Notes: generated by a model not told the origin, from the letters alone. Positions 23,152 to 37,300 are shown, counted from the first letter of the stretch. The stretch: 61,494 nucleotides of DNA from Aplysia californica (GCF_000002075.1 NW_004797413.1:817139-878632), one strand, 5' to 3'. Numbers and translations: made by a program.

Positions 23152-25375
23152 ACTGCGAATTATGATTTCCTCAGGTTGAGACATAGGCAAAGTCAGTCCG
23201 CTGGTCCGGTATTCTTCAATCTTACCTAGATCTTCTATAGTACCGTGTAATACTCGTAGATCTAGATCTAGATCAACACTTTTGTTAACTTAGATTTGGC
23301 TTGTTCACCTCTGTCAGTGACTAATTAAGGAAGTGCCTAGATTTGCAACGCCGCGTTGCGAAGCACCAGTCATTCCCAGTGCTAAATAAAATGCTACGTT
23401 GCGATTAGCGCCAGTGCTAATTAAAACACTGCTTGTTATATGAAGCTTTTAAAATCTAGATCTACCTTTCGTTGTTGGAAGTTCTAATGGCCGAAGTGAT
23501 AGTGCGTCTACGTTTGAAGCCAAACCATTATTTTGGGGGTGTGGGTGCGAATCGCGGTCCTGGAAGGTTTTCTTGTTGTTTTTTTGTCCTCTTCTCGACT
23601 GACCATCAAATTTTCCCCATAAATATTAAAACTTGTTGCTTTGTAGTTTTTTATGTAGCGATGAAGCATGCACATTCTGATTTTGTCCCCAAGAGGCGCT
23701 CTGTACAAAGTAGCCTAGGCCTAGCCTAAGTTAGGCCTGGTTAAAGTTCAATAGTGGATTATTTTAGGCTCTGGAGGAGAACACGGAAAAAAAAACAACC
23801 TTCCGGGACCGGGATTCGATGCCACGCTTGGAAGCACTGAACATTATCTGCTAGAGTATTTAGAGAACGTAGAGACATCTTGTTATCACACGTTCTCCAG
23901 GCCTAACTTAAAGATAATATTATTAGGTAGATCTAGGCCCTTCTATTGTAAAGGACAGGAAATAGTGCTTACTTATACCAAGTTGCATCGTCTTGTTATT
24001 GTTATCGAAGCGTCTTTCGACTTTTAATTGCTCAAACTCAAATGATTATGAGAGATGAACAAGACTACGTCTTCTAGTCTACTTTGTGTAAACAATTTCA
24101 GAAACAATTGTTAGATCTAATCTAGATCTAGATCTACCCATACTGATTGGAATAAGACACCGTCTTAAAAAAAGGAGTCAAATCTTAGGAGGTTTATCAA
24201 GACACTAAGAAAACTTCCACAATTCAGGCAGAACTACAATATTACTATGTAGAAACGATGGCTACTAGATCTAGGTCTAGTACTGGCGATAATTTGCGAG
24301 ATGTGGGAGTCATCTTTCATTCTGCGAGGACTGGGAAGAAGCATTTTTTACATCGAATTCAATTTCTAGAGCTAGATCTAGAGATTTTTAAATGTCTGAA
24401 TATTCAGATACTTCAGCAGTGGTTGGGGTGACGTTCCCGGACTATACTTCTTTTGAAAATGCCTTCAAAGGGTACTGCGAGAAAATAGGACTGCTCGACC
24501 TTGGCAGCAAGCTAACCGGCAGTCACCCGTGAAGCAAACACTAAAATCCTTCAAGTGAACCAAAAAAAGTCCCTCCCCGCCCCCCTCCCCCATGCCTCGA
24601 TTACACCTTATTACAACCTCCGTAAGACACATACACGCACTCACTCACACACACACACGCACACTCACTCACACACACGCGCGTATACACACACACAAAC
24701 ACATGCCCGGGCCACTCTATTCGCAAATTATCATCAAATCTCGAGAACGGATACCGTTCAGAGAAATGGAGTTCAAGTTTACTTTCCCGAGCGTTCTGAG
24801 AAATAGAGCCGGCCAAAAAACAATGCTCTGTTTGATCTATAGATCTAATAGCCTCTAGATTCTAGAGATTATACCTAGATCTAGAATCTAGTCTAGATGT
24901 AGATGTCTAGATCTAGAGTCTAGAGGTCTTTGCATGCAGTTTACAATGCAGTTTGGTCTGGTAAATTTATATTAAATGAGCTAGAATTTTTTTTAACTCG
25001 GACAAACGAAGGTGAATATATTAAGCTATACCATAGATCTAGTTGGGCCTAGTTTAGTTGTAGATCTACCGAATACTACTCACTGCACTATAACTTATAA
25101 CTCCTATTACAGTACTCGGTACACAGTACTTTGCTACTTCGTTGCTGCAGCTATTGCTGTACTGCTACTACTAGATCTAGATATCTACTACTACTACTGA
25201 GTACTACTTCTGTACTTTGTCACTCCTATCTCTGGGCATCTCATGCTCAAGTGCCGTCCTTTTTTGTTTGTCATTTTTATCCCTCCTATTTCAACTTTAT
25301 ATCCCTGTTCCTGCAGCAAATTAGGCCTAATAGATGAATACCAGTCATTTTGTCACACCTGTGCAGTCAAGATGT

Positions 25376-25701
25376 CAGTCATCTCGTCACACCCCAAATC
25401 CACAAGGTTGAATGGAGACGGTCATTTCGTAGCACACTTGCGAACATCAAACGGGCATTGTCATGGCAAACACTCACGATTTTGGGGGGAGGGTTAGGGC
25501 TGTGTGTGGAAGGATTGGAGGGGGGTGAGGGGCGGCTGTGCGAGTCGTTTATAAATATAACTTCCCAAAAAAGCTTTAGGCTGATTCTCCAAAACTCTAC
25601 TAGCTTAACAATTTTGGAGAGAGATATATATATGCGAAGTCATTTCATCACACATGATTGGGGGGTGACGAGATGACCGTGTGACGAAATGACCGGTTAC
25701 C
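25376..25701. mobile_element. Degenerate MITE
   Basis: gtcatctcgtcacaccccaaatc on the left is inverted as gattggggggtgacgagatgac...gtgacgaaatgaccggttacc on the right. Confidence 0.55.
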
Positions 25702-26009
25702 TAGTAGATTCTATTAGTTTTGTATTTTCCACGGGAATCCAATTACCATATTTTTAGCTGTTTATCTGTGTGTAGGCCATCAAAGTTTCAAAATTTTGAG
25801 TTGAGATAGAAAGAAGAACCTACCCTACTGTAATCAAAATATACAATTTAAATGAGCAGTGTAGACTCAGACCTTAGTATTTTTAAATTTTTATATGTAC
25901 ATATAGTGTTTCAAGCTCAAGTGTCAAAAACTCTTCAAGCTTTTTCTGTGCTGTTGTAATATTTAGCAGGTTTTACTACATTGTTTGGCATCCTTTTCCT
26001 TTGGTAATC

Positions 26010-26210
26010 AGGACGTTGTTGTCTGTGGTGCACGATCCAACTGGGACGTGATTTGTTCCTCTTCTTTTCTATCACAGACATCTATTGTCTTTATCTCCCC
26101 TCCTTCTCTTTTGTGTTTGTTTCTCTCATAAATAACACCTCTCTAAACTTTGGCTCTTTTATATGACCTTATTGTGTTGCAAATGCTGTAAAACTGTTAC
26201 TAAAACTAAA
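26010..26210 (+). mobile_element. Family B retroposon, diverged
   Basis: Body plus the tail atatgaccttattgtgttgcaaatgctgtaaaactgttactaaaactaaa. Confidence 0.7.
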
Positions 26211-26286
26211 GCACTATACAAGCATACATACCGTACTAGTACCAAACTTTTAATGGCACTTTTTATTTGAAGACCTCTTCCTAGTC

Positions 26287-29200
26287 ATGACGACGGAGCC
26301 ACCGCCAACGCCGTCTTCTTCTAATCCGTGGAGGAGGACGTTGAGGACAGCTGTGGCAGCTCTGCTCGTGGAGTGTGGGTACCAGTCGGCAGATAACATG
26401 GCCCTGGAAACGCTTCTGGAAATTGTCCAAGCTTGTAAGTTTTAACATTTCTACACAGGAGTATATTCAAAGAGTACCGTATGGAGGGTTTTTGGTGTTC
26501 GGGTCAAAAAAAATTTTTTCGAATAAGTCAAAATCAAAGACTTGATACAAATATCTGGACACAAAATCTAAGTGAAAATATTTTACAAAGGAATTGGGCT
26601 CATATATATTTCAATTTGGCATTTTGCTTTTAAACACTGCATGATAATGACAGTATGACTTTGGTATGCATTAGTTTTCATATGAGCTGAGATTTGTACA
26701 TTATAGTGGTTTGTTGTCATAGAATTAGGTAATTATACAATCTGATTTGAAAGTAGGTAATACTGTGATTTTGATTTTCATCACAACTTTCTGCTGCGAC
26801 CTTTTCATGGCTGTATTCATCGACCACTTTAATTCTGCAGTGTATACTCTCCTTCATGTTTTTTATTTCCCTTTTAATCTGTCAGACATATGGGAAGCAG
26901 GACGGAGTTCAGGCGCTTACGCAGAGTTGGCCGGAAGAACACGAGTGATGCCAAGTGATGTTGTCATGTCACTCGTTGAAATGGGTAAATGCAGCAATTT
27001 TTGTATCATATCATTTTTTTACCTTTGTATCTGATGCATGCTTGTCCACTTAAATAACATCTGATGGATATTGATGCACTAACATCTGATGGATGTTGAT
27101 CCACTAACATCTGATGGATGTTGATCCACTTATATCTGATTCCGGTGGATGTAGATCCACTAACATCTGATGGATGTTGATCCACTAACATCTGATCATG
27201 GATGTTGATCCACTAACATCTGATCATGGATGTTGATCCACTAACATCTGATGGATATTGATCCACTAACATCTGATGGATGTTGATCCACTTATAAGTT
27301 ATATCTGATTCCGGTGGATGTTGATCCACTAACATCTGATGGATGTTGATCCACTAATATCTGATGGATGTTGATCCACTTATATCTGATGGATGTTGAT
27401 CCACTAACATCTGATGGATGTTGATCCACTAACATCTGATGAACTGATGAATGTTGATCCACTAACGTGTGATGGATGTTGATCCACTTACATCTGATGG
27501 ATGTTGATCCTCTAACATCTGATGGATGTTGATCCTTTTAAATCTGATTCCGATGGATGTTGATCCACTAACATCTGATGGGTGTTGATCCACTAACATG
27601 TGATGGATGTTGATCCACTTATATCTGATTCCGGTGGATGTTGATCCACTTGTAATATCTGATGGATGTTGATCTTTTTAAAACATCTTGTGACATGCTG
27701 CAATTGAAATAAGTTGTATACACTTATTTTCTCTCAAATTCTAGTATTTATTAAAACTCTGATAACAGGAATCACATGGGACTAGAGATTGGTTTGTGTT
27801 AAGCAGAGTGCTCATAAAAAGTTCATGTTAAACAAATCTGCCGTATATGATTCGTACATTTCGCCCTCTCACGGAACTCTGTGTCGAGAATTGCTTAGTT
27901 CATTAATTCTATCTGTAATACGTGGTGCCCACTACGGATGGGATCGACCGACTCAATCGCCTAAAAAAATGTGTTTTCAGTTTCCGGCGATCGAGTCGGA
28001 CGATCGGCCCGATCCAGCCATAGTGGGCACCCCGTATATGTTTTATTTTTGGATTGTTTAATTTTTTTAATGAACATGAAACAGATGTCATTTTGTTTTG
28101 TGTTTTCAGGTGTTGACTTCACCAAGCTGCCGGGTCACGCAAAGAGAGAGAACAAAAGTCTCATTCTTCCTCGTGAGTAACTGATTGGTATTCATACGCC
28201 TTAATTAAGGTACAAATGACCACTTCCAATCCCCCCCCCCCCCCCATCCCCCCACACTACCTCTTAAACTATTAAAAATAATAATGTCTCTGTCCACGAC
28301 ATCAACCTGTCGAAGACAGTCTCTTTCTCCTCGACAATGGGTGACGACCTTCATCAATTTTGACTGTAGTTGTGACTGATCTCCCAGTCTTTCGCAAGCT
28401 CCGGTAAAAGTAGGCTCTTTTATTATCTGTTCATTTATAATTTCGTCTTCCCTACGATGTAGTATGTCCATTTTTTCTCATAATTTTACACCATTTTTAG
28501 TTTTGACTGTGAAGCTGTAGTCCAGGACTTCTGTCCACATAATTTTTCAAAAGCAGGTATCAGATACAAATAAAATATTTCGAATTTTATGTCGGTGTGG
28601 AAATAGATCTATATTGATGGGAGTGATTTTTGTGGAAGAAAGCAAGTTATTTTTAATTAATCATGCTCTCCCACTATACTGAATAGGAACCACAGGCCTG
28701 AAACGCTCCCTTACGTCCTTAATCCAGCTATATGTGTTTCACCTCTTAAGTTTGTTTACTTATGATACGTGTATAGTTTGATTCAGTCAAAACTATAATA
28801 TGCTTTTTTCCTAAGTCAAGTTTCATATCTGAAACGAAATTATATTTTTAAGTTTTATAATAAGTTTATCAATGTGAACTTCCTAAAGTTATATATTTTG
28901 CTTTTCAGCCCTGCAAGCCCCCAACCCACCACAAGCAAAAATTTTACAAGTTGGCGATAAGAGAAAGCACCCAGGCCACATCCCAGACCACTTGCCCTCG
29001 TTTCCCGACCCTCACACGTACATCAAAACTCCTGTAAGTTAACCTGTTGTAAAAAAATACTTTTTGCTTCCCTCACACGTACATCAAAACTCCAGTAAGT
29101 TAACCTGTTGTAATTACTAAAAATTGCTTCCCTCACACGGACATCAAAACTCCAGTAAGTTAACCTGTTGTAATTACTTTAAATTGCTTCCCTCACACGG

Positions 29201-31583
29201 ACATCAAAACTCCAGTAAGTTGCCACACTCCAGTAATTGTTTCTCTCACATTTACTTCAAAACTCCAGTGTGTTGCATTCTTGTCATTGTTTTCTTATAT
29301 ACTAACATCAAAAGTCAAGTAAGTCACGCGGTAGCTATCTTTTCTCTCACACTTACATACAAAGTCCTGTAAGTTACATTGATGTGATTACTCATTGCTT
29401 CCATCACACTGATATCAAAATTCCAGCACGTTTTTCCCCCCAGGGCGGTGCCACTGACTGAAGTGTCTTTAGGCCATTCCTAAAGAGGGGACTTTCTCAT
29501 TCTTATGCACAGTAGAATTGTAAATGGGCCGATTCAACAATGTCATGCTTATAACTGTGCCTGAACTACGACAGGGAACTGCTGCTCTTAATTTCCTAAT
29601 CTTTACTATCGTCATTTTCCTCTACTTCTTTTGTATGTTTGTCACTCTTGTGACCCGCTACTTAAGGGGTGCCTTGATAGTCGAAGCAGACTTTGTGGAA
29701 GCTAGAGAGGTGAACAGAGTAAGTCTGATTCCTTTTAAGGACTTCTCTGTTAACATCCACCCCTTGGCGCTCATATGACCTTATGCAGTTGCGAGCACCG
29801 TAAAACCTCTTCTAAAACAAATGTCCAGTATGATCCAGCACGTTATGTTGTGGTTGTTTCCCTCACAATGACATCAAAACTCCTGTAAAATACATTGCAA
29901 TATGATGGATCCTAGTTGATCTCTTTTTGTGAATTAATGTTGTGATCAATTCTAATTTGCATGGATTATTTAAATAAAAATTAAAATTTTATTTGTCGTC
30001 TGTTGTCCATGTTTGTATGAAGTTTGAAAAGTTTGTGCAAGGATTTAGCTAAGTCCTGTAGTCAATGAAGGAGATCACAGAAGCACATGAAGAGCTGCTG
30101 TGCTGTTGCTGATTCAATCTGTGATACAAGTTTATTCCAGACATTTACTACCCCGCGGGACAGTGCCACTGACTGTAGTGTCTTTAGGCCATTCCCAAAG
30201 AGGGGACATTTCTCGTTCAAGCACAGTAGAATTGTAAATGGGCTGATTCATGTCACGCTCATAACTTTGCCTGATCTGCGACGGGGAACTGCTGTTTTTT
30301 CTTTCTTAATCCTTACTATTGTCATTTTCCTCTACTTCTTTTGTATGTTTGTCACTCTCTTGTGACCAGCTATTTCCGGGGTGCTTTGATAGTCAAAGCA
30401 GACCTTGTGCTGTTGAAGCTGGAGAGGTGAGCAGAATAAGTCTGATTCCCTGTAAAGACTTCTCTGTTGACACCCACCCCTTGGCGCTCATATGACCTTA
30501 TGCAGTTGCGAGCGCTGTAAAACCCTCTACTATTAAAAAAAAAAGAAATTTACTTTTTTGTCAAATTAGTTGATTTATAGGAGGTACCGTACAGAACTTA
30601 TAATACGGCCAACTTTTGTCAAGCAATTATAACCCATTGGTGCCTGCTTGAATAAAATGTTGCAGTCAAGGCCATGCGTTCACCCTGTCAAATGATTAGG
30701 AATTTCTATTACTTTACCACCAGTCGATACACTTTAAAGTAAAGCTTTCAATGTTTGGTTTGGTTTTTTTTCTCTAGTGCGTCAGACAGCCTGCCAATGA
30801 GTACCAGCTGGTGCGAGAGAAAGCAGCATCCCAGAAAAGGGACGTGGAGGTTGGCTTGACTCGTTTTATTGCCAAGACTGGAGCTACGCATTCTCTCTTC
30901 AAGGACGACAAGTCTTCTTTTCCATGTAAGTTGCTCAGACTGCCGTCCTTTTGTCTTCTTTTCAATGTAAGAGTAGTTGTCTTTTTTTTTAATGTAAGTT
31001 TGTCTTTTTCGCGTGTAAAGTGTCTTCCCTTCAGTTTAAGGTGCTCAAAGCAGAAGTAACTTGGTATTGTCTCTCGTTTATGTTCTCCGAGTTTGTGGGT
31101 GGTTTGCAGGTGCTCTGGTGTGGTTTGCTTTTTCTTTCCTATCGAACATCTATCGTCTTTATCTCCCCTCCTTCTTTTTTGTGTTCGTTACTCTTCTGCA
31201 ACACCTCTATTCTTCGGCAATTATATGACCTTACTGTGTTGCAAGTGCTGTAAAACACTTACTAAAGTTAAAACTAAACTCCTTACCCTAAAACTAGAAA
31301 GTTCCCATCCTGCTACAATGATGACCTTTATATATTCCCCTCAGTGATAGCCTGTAAGCCAAGCGCGCTGCCCTACATGTCCGCCCTGCTCCCCATGGAC
31401 AGCGAGGTGTCCTCTCAAGACGGCAGCGAGCTGGAGACTGGCAGCGGGCACCACCAGTCGTCTGCCCCTGGCCTGAGGGTGAACGAAGAGGGCCCGAACC
31501 CCGACGCACAACTTGATGCTGACGCCATCGACAATCCGTATCTCATCCCAGCGAAAATTACGAAAAAGAAGTGGGCCAGATGA
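26287..31583 (+). CDS. TAF8: Transcription initiation factor TFIID subunit 8 (~273 aa)
   Basis: Exons 26287-26434, 26886-26984, 28110-28172, 28909-29033, 30778-30925, 31345-31583, all GT-AG and in phase (822 nt). Contains the histone-fold region RRTLRTAVAALLVECGY...SDVVMSLVEMG, the TAF8-C region HIPDHLPSFPDPHTYIKTP...YQLVREKAASQKRDVEVGLTRF, and a C-terminal IDNPYL..KKK. Confidence 0.95.
27030..27675. repeat. 25-bp intronic minisatellite in TAF8
   Basis: Unit ccactaacatctgatggatgttgat, more than 20 copies with insertion variants. Confidence 0.95.
27919..28036. mobile_element. TA-flanked MITE; second copy at 55260-55397 in opposite orientation
   Basis: TIR cg(t/g)ggtgcccacta / tagtgggcaccccg with TA on both sides. 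Confidence 0.8.
29008..29225 (+). repeat. 60-bp tandem repeat derived from the TAF8 exon 4/intron junction
   Basis: ccctcacacgtacatcaaaactcc(t/a)gtaagttaacctgttgt x4, with further degenerate copies out to ~29890. Confidence 0.9.
29436..29820 (+). mobile_element. Retroposon family A (~380 bp)
   Basis: Colinear with 30153-30545 and 47895-48197; shared hairpin tail; flanking tccagcacgtt duplication. Confidence 0.8.
30153..30545 (+). mobile_element. Retroposon family A
   Basis: As above; ends in a poly(A) tail. Confidence 0.8.
31095..31279 (+). mobile_element. Family B retroposon
   Basis: gggtggtttgcaggtgctctggtgtggtttgc head and a taaaactaaa tail. Confidence 0.8.
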
Positions 31584-31616
31584 TATTGGCCTCGTATTAT
31601 TTGTAATGTTTTTGTA

Positions 31617-31622
31617 AATAAA
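31617..31622 (+). promoter_or_regulatory. Candidate TAF8 polyadenylation signal
   Basis: AATAAA 34 nt after the stop codon, followed by T/GT-rich sequence. Confidence 0.5.
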
Positions 31623-34331
31623 TCTTGCAATGATCTTGTATGTATACTGACAAATGCGTTAATGTGCTGTTATTTTTTTCTATTTGTTTTTTTATAGTTT
31701 TGGTTAATGTGGTAATTTATTTCCAAATCTTTTTTTACGTCCCTATCGTTACAATTTAACTCATTTAGAAAGTGGGCCGGAACCGACCCTGCCTGTCAGG
31801 GCTGACCTGGTCTTAAAGGGATACAACACCCCAGCCGAAATACCGAGACAGGCAGGGTTGGAAGCCTGTCTCCTAACTGATCAAAATTGAGTTGATGGGG
31901 GTGTAAAAAACACCTACAATTTTAAAAACAAAAAAGAGTTTAAAAATATTTTCTCCCTGTGGTTAGGCAAATGTAACAGCTTTTGTTTTTCTCTTGCAAA
32001 AGCCATCTCTCTTTACTTCAACACCATTTTGCAATTGAGGAAAACTACAATGTCGTAGTCATAGCAGAATAGACCACAACTCACCTTACAACTCTTTCTC
32101 TTTTATATGGGAGAACATAGAGGTTACGTGTGAAGAAAACGTACACTGTAATGTTATTTTAAGAATTTTATTTCAAAGTAAAAGTTGACAAGATAAACAT
32201 AGGCTACAAGAGGTAATTTCAAACTTAACAAGACTAAAAACTTAATACAAACATCTAAAATTGTGCTCACAACATTAAAAAAGTCAATGATTTTGATTTC
32301 AATTAATATGCGACCTGTAGATAACTATTGGGTTATTCTTGACAAATGGATAAATCCATTAGTCAGTAAAGTAGTTCCCAGTACTGACACAGGGAAATCA
32401 AACTGAATGTCTGTAAACATGCAGGGTGAAAAACAAAACAAAAAAGGATTGAAAAAAAAAGCCTCAAACTGGAGAGAACAACAAAAACTTGGCTGAGGAA
32501 ACATTGCACTTTATCTTGGGATACCGTACATGGAATGCCTAGGTACAGGTTCAAACTCATGCCTTTTGTGTGGAGAAAGACCAGCGGTCCATATCAGCTA
32601 ACTGCTACAATTTTTCAGTGAAAGGGAAAACTATTTTCAGGCAGAGAGAGTAAAAAACTTAAAACAATTACTTTTAAGACATTCAGTTTATATATATATG
32701 TGCTTCCATCTCAAAGACATTGCTCAAGTTGAAATAAGTGAAATGGTCATACAAATTCTTTTAAGCCTAACAATTATTTCCCGAAAGTAATGGGTTTTCA
32801 TCTTCAAAGTTTCATTGTTTTATTTAATCAAACATAATCTTTTCAATTTACCAGGGACAAGCATTGACAATTGAGCAGACATTACTCCTACTAGAGTTAC
32901 AGGCCAATATGTTTGTAAAAGGGCCCTGGGCCATTTGAGACATATTTAGCTAAAGACGATTTTCATTTGACCAAAAATAATACGACATGAATTAAATAAA
33001 TACTGAACAATAATGAAAAGTGGAATGTCTACCTAAAAAAGGGATTCACAGCATACACCTACATCTGGAATAAGTATACTGAAGCATACTGAGTAATGCA
33101 ACTGAAGCACACTGAGTAATGCACCTAATCTTACATAGTGCCTTCTGTACAACTTACAGTGGTGTCCGCTTCAAAACCAAAATCTACAGGATCCTGGGAC
33201 TGCAGGATTTTCTTCAGTTATGCGGGTTTTTCGGTTTTAACAGGTTGCTCAAACAGACGTTTAAAAAATTGCTGATTTTATTTTCTTTTGGTTTACAGCT
33301 GTTTTCAAATTAGCCATGTTTGGTGTTCCAGTTTCAGCGGACTCCACAGTGCCTCCTTCCTCCAAAGTGGAAATTTCTTTATATATGTCAAGATGAAGCA
33401 TTGAGCAAATACATGGATCAGCCTCAATCATACAGGCTATCTCAGACCAGCCTCAATCATACTTGTCATATGTCTGACCAGCCTTAAAAATACTTGTGCG
33501 ATCTCTGGATCTGGCTGTAAAGTCACCAGTAGAGATTCTTATGGTATCTTCATACATAACTTGTATAAGTACTATAAATAATGCATGCTTAAGTAAATGG
33601 AATGATTGAAAAATGGAAAACTAGAAGGAATAAGATGTCGATGATAACAGCATGCACAGACAACAACACAATATAATATTTGAACTATTAAGGGATTGAC
33701 AAACAATAAGGTATTTGGTCGAGTTCTTCAACTTTGTGGTACATTGGGGAGAAAATATACTGATCTGGTGATCTAAGCTCGGCTTTCTCAAAACAATACA
33801 AAATGTACAGAGGAACATGGAATACTTGAAAACAAAAAGGTTGCAATTTATGACCGCTTTCTCCAACACATTTCCAGGGTCTTACTTAGTATTAAGAATT
33901 GCAAAAGTCCCAAGATATTCAGATTGAGGAGAAATTTTTTTGTGCATTCCTCATTCTCTACTAAGGCACAACATACTTGCCCCATACAAGTTACAGGTGT
34001 TGTTTACTATCATGCTTTGTCCAACCACAGCACAGCACATAAAATATAGGAAAATTAGCCGATTTTCATAGACGTATGTAATATAAAAAGGTCCGTTGTT
34101 ACCATTATGATTTTGTCCATAAAACTAATACAATGCACGTAAAAATAAATGCATGGACACAGTGAGTATTGGTTTATCATTACTAGGAAATATTGAGCAG
34201 AACGGTGAAAAGTAAAGAGGTACAAATGAGCTGTTCAAGTTCAACACCATTATGACCATTTCTTGAGGACATTATGCTTCCACTCTTCAACTAGGAGGAA
34301 TGCAAAACTTCATCACAACACAATTAAAGTG

Positions 34332-37300
34332 TTATCTCGACTCGGGCGTGGTGTCTCTCGACTCTGTGGGCTCTGTCGGTTTTCTCAACTTCATCATGAT
34401 GGGAAAGTGTAGAGATTCGTCGTAGATATCGCTGTCCTCTGACAGCATCTGTGTTGTGGGGGAAAGAAAAGACAATTACAGCATCTATACATACAGTACA
34501 GGAAACGGAGAATAATATTTGACAATCAGCAGACATCTTCTTTTCTCTCTCTATGTCAAGAGGAAAATTTTTTTAATCAGACATCATCTATATGTTGAGG
34601 GATAAGAAAAATGTTGCATCTATACGTTGGGGAAAAGCGGAGAACAATTTATAGCCTAATCAGACATCATCTATAAGTTGGGGAAAGAGATGAGCATTAT
34701 TACAAGCCTTCATGTTTGGATTTACTTTTCCACATAATAAGCCTTGCAGATGCTACATTGTGGCAACTAACATGACTCACTTTCAGTGTGACAAATGCAG
34801 ATGCTACATTGTGGCAACTAACATGACTTTCACTTTCAGTGTGACAATTGCAGATGCATGTAATTACAGTCTAGCAATCACATAGCAAACACACACATAA
34901 CAAACATATTTTCAGGCCCCCAATTATTTCTTAGAACAACATTAAATTCTTTATAAAAACAGGTAGGCTACATAAACACAAGATAGGAAGTGGCCGTTCA
35001 TACAGGTGACTGTTTTTGACAGGTGGCGCAGTTAGAGCAGGCTCAACTATACTTGGTAACAACATTTGACAAAGTGTGCCTGTACAATTATTCTTCGTGG
35101 GGACAAAAAAAACTTCCTTTACAATACTTTTCTCTTTGTTTTAGCTTTCCAAGCATATTATTATATCCTCACAAATTACAGCGAAATGGGAGAGGGGAAA
35201 ACCACATAGCAGTAGGCCTACATTTTTTTTTTAAAACAGAAGTAAAGAAATTTATGGAACTCATAATCATAGTGAATACATGATGTGATATTCCGAGAAG
35301 GGTTCCTCAAAATGTCCACGTACCTTGCAATGCATGTTCCAAACAACAGCGTTGTACTCAGACTCTGTCGTCACCTGGAATGTTTTCTCCGCTAGCTCGG
35401 CAAACTTGTGGAATGTTTTGTTTCTTGATGGGGCAAAGATCAGAGCCTGGCCCTGTGCAATTTACAAAACAAAGTTTAGAAAGTCTTCATGGCAAAAACA
35501 CAAACTTATCATGGAGGAGGTCTGTGTGTGCATGTGTCTAAACAAAAATGCATGCACACACACATGTGCAAGTGTGTGTAAGTGCTGTGAGTGTGTGTGT
35601 GTAGTGAAATATCAAAACAATGAGCCAGTATCAGGACACTAAAGTTTGATCTTATTTGTATCAAAACCTTCCGCAAAAACAACCTTTTTTTCTCTTATTT
35701 CTCCCCAACCCCAAGCCTTTACAAACAATGCAATTGAATTATTTTTAAAAAGGTGAGCTTCATTTGTTAGCCGCTTCTATTTTACTCCCTCAGACTCAGT
35801 ATGTTGGGGATGTAGTTTTTTTTATTTAATTCTTTTTTTTTTTTTGGGGGGGGGTGTCTTTCAATAAAGACTAGTAAATTAGTTAATTTCAAAGTCAACA
35901 AAGCTGTGTTTGATAGGTTGATCTACAGCCAGGAGATGAATTGGATGGGTAGGCAGACAGATAGAGATTATTTTTTTTATTATCATAGCGGTACATTTGT
36001 GTCCAAACCTGGCTCTACAAAATTCTATTCCAACCTAAGCACAAGTAGCTCCTTCAAGAATGTCTTTACAGAGTTACAAATTTTAACGGCTAATTTCTGG
36101 CAGGACTTGCCTTATCATTATCAAAATTTTAAGAGTCTAAATATTGAATAAGTGATTATTTCTTTTTTTTTTTTTTCATGATACAAAATATGATGGAAGC
36201 AAAATAAATAGATATTTACCGGTATCTGAAATGTTAACATTTAGATTTCAGACAACTGCTGCTTGTCCTATCATTAGTCTAAGGAACTCGACAAGCTGAC
36301 AAAACACAAGGAATATATGTATACTTTATTCAAACTCTGACTCTGACCAATAGTAGGAGCTCAAACCCAAAGGAACTCCTCATTTCTAAATATCAAGTCT
36401 TAATGTACTGTCGCAATTATCCAAGACAGCCACCCATCGTCAAGGAGAAAAGTGGTTGAATTAGACATGTGGACATTTTGGGCAGAGTCATTACAACATA
36501 GAGAAAAAACACAATGGGAGAAGAGGAGAGTGGTTGTCTGTGCAGGTGACTGTCTAAGACAGGTGGCTGTTAGAGCAAGTTCAAATGTATTTCTACAACG
36601 AGTCTTGATGTAGTTTAAACTTACCCCAGGTTTGAGCAAGTCAAATATCATCAGGGCCAGATCCTCCCGGCCATCATCAAAGAACAAGCTGAAAAGGAAA
36701 TCATAGATTTAATAAAAAATTCATCCTTCAATACTGACAACTGAAAAATTATATTCCAACACAGAAGTGCCTATAACTTCTCACTGTTCTTTTTTAAACA
36801 CAGCTGTAAAAGGGTATCTTCAACCTGTTATATTTCAAACACAGATTTATATATTTTTCAAATTACATATAGATGTACGTCAATATTTTCTCACCATTAT
36901 ATTTCAAACTTAAATTTCTCTACATTTTCTCACTGTTTGCCGGGAGTGTTGACCATATCTTCAGAACAAAAAAATTTCAATGCTAAACAAAAAAGTGTGG
37001 TAACCGTAATATCTTCATACCATACAGACAATGGAGCGATAGTTTGCGATGAGCACATTCTGAGATATTATTCTTCAACAGTTTGCCAGACCCTTTTTCT
37101 AATGACTGAGGTTATTTGCACAAATCATGTATTTTTCCAGTTGCAAAAAATAGCACATCAAAATATTGATGGGCACCAGGATAGAAAAGAAAGGAATGAA
37201 ACAGACAAATGAAAGAAAAAAGGAAGGAATTTGAATCTGCTACAAGAATCTTTTGTAACTCACACAAACATTTCCAGTTTGAGGGACTTACCAATCAGCA

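Noticed and set aside
26287-31583. TAF8 CDS length (822 nt) equals the coiled-coil repeat period
   Set aside because: There is no sequence similarity; it is a numerical coincidence.
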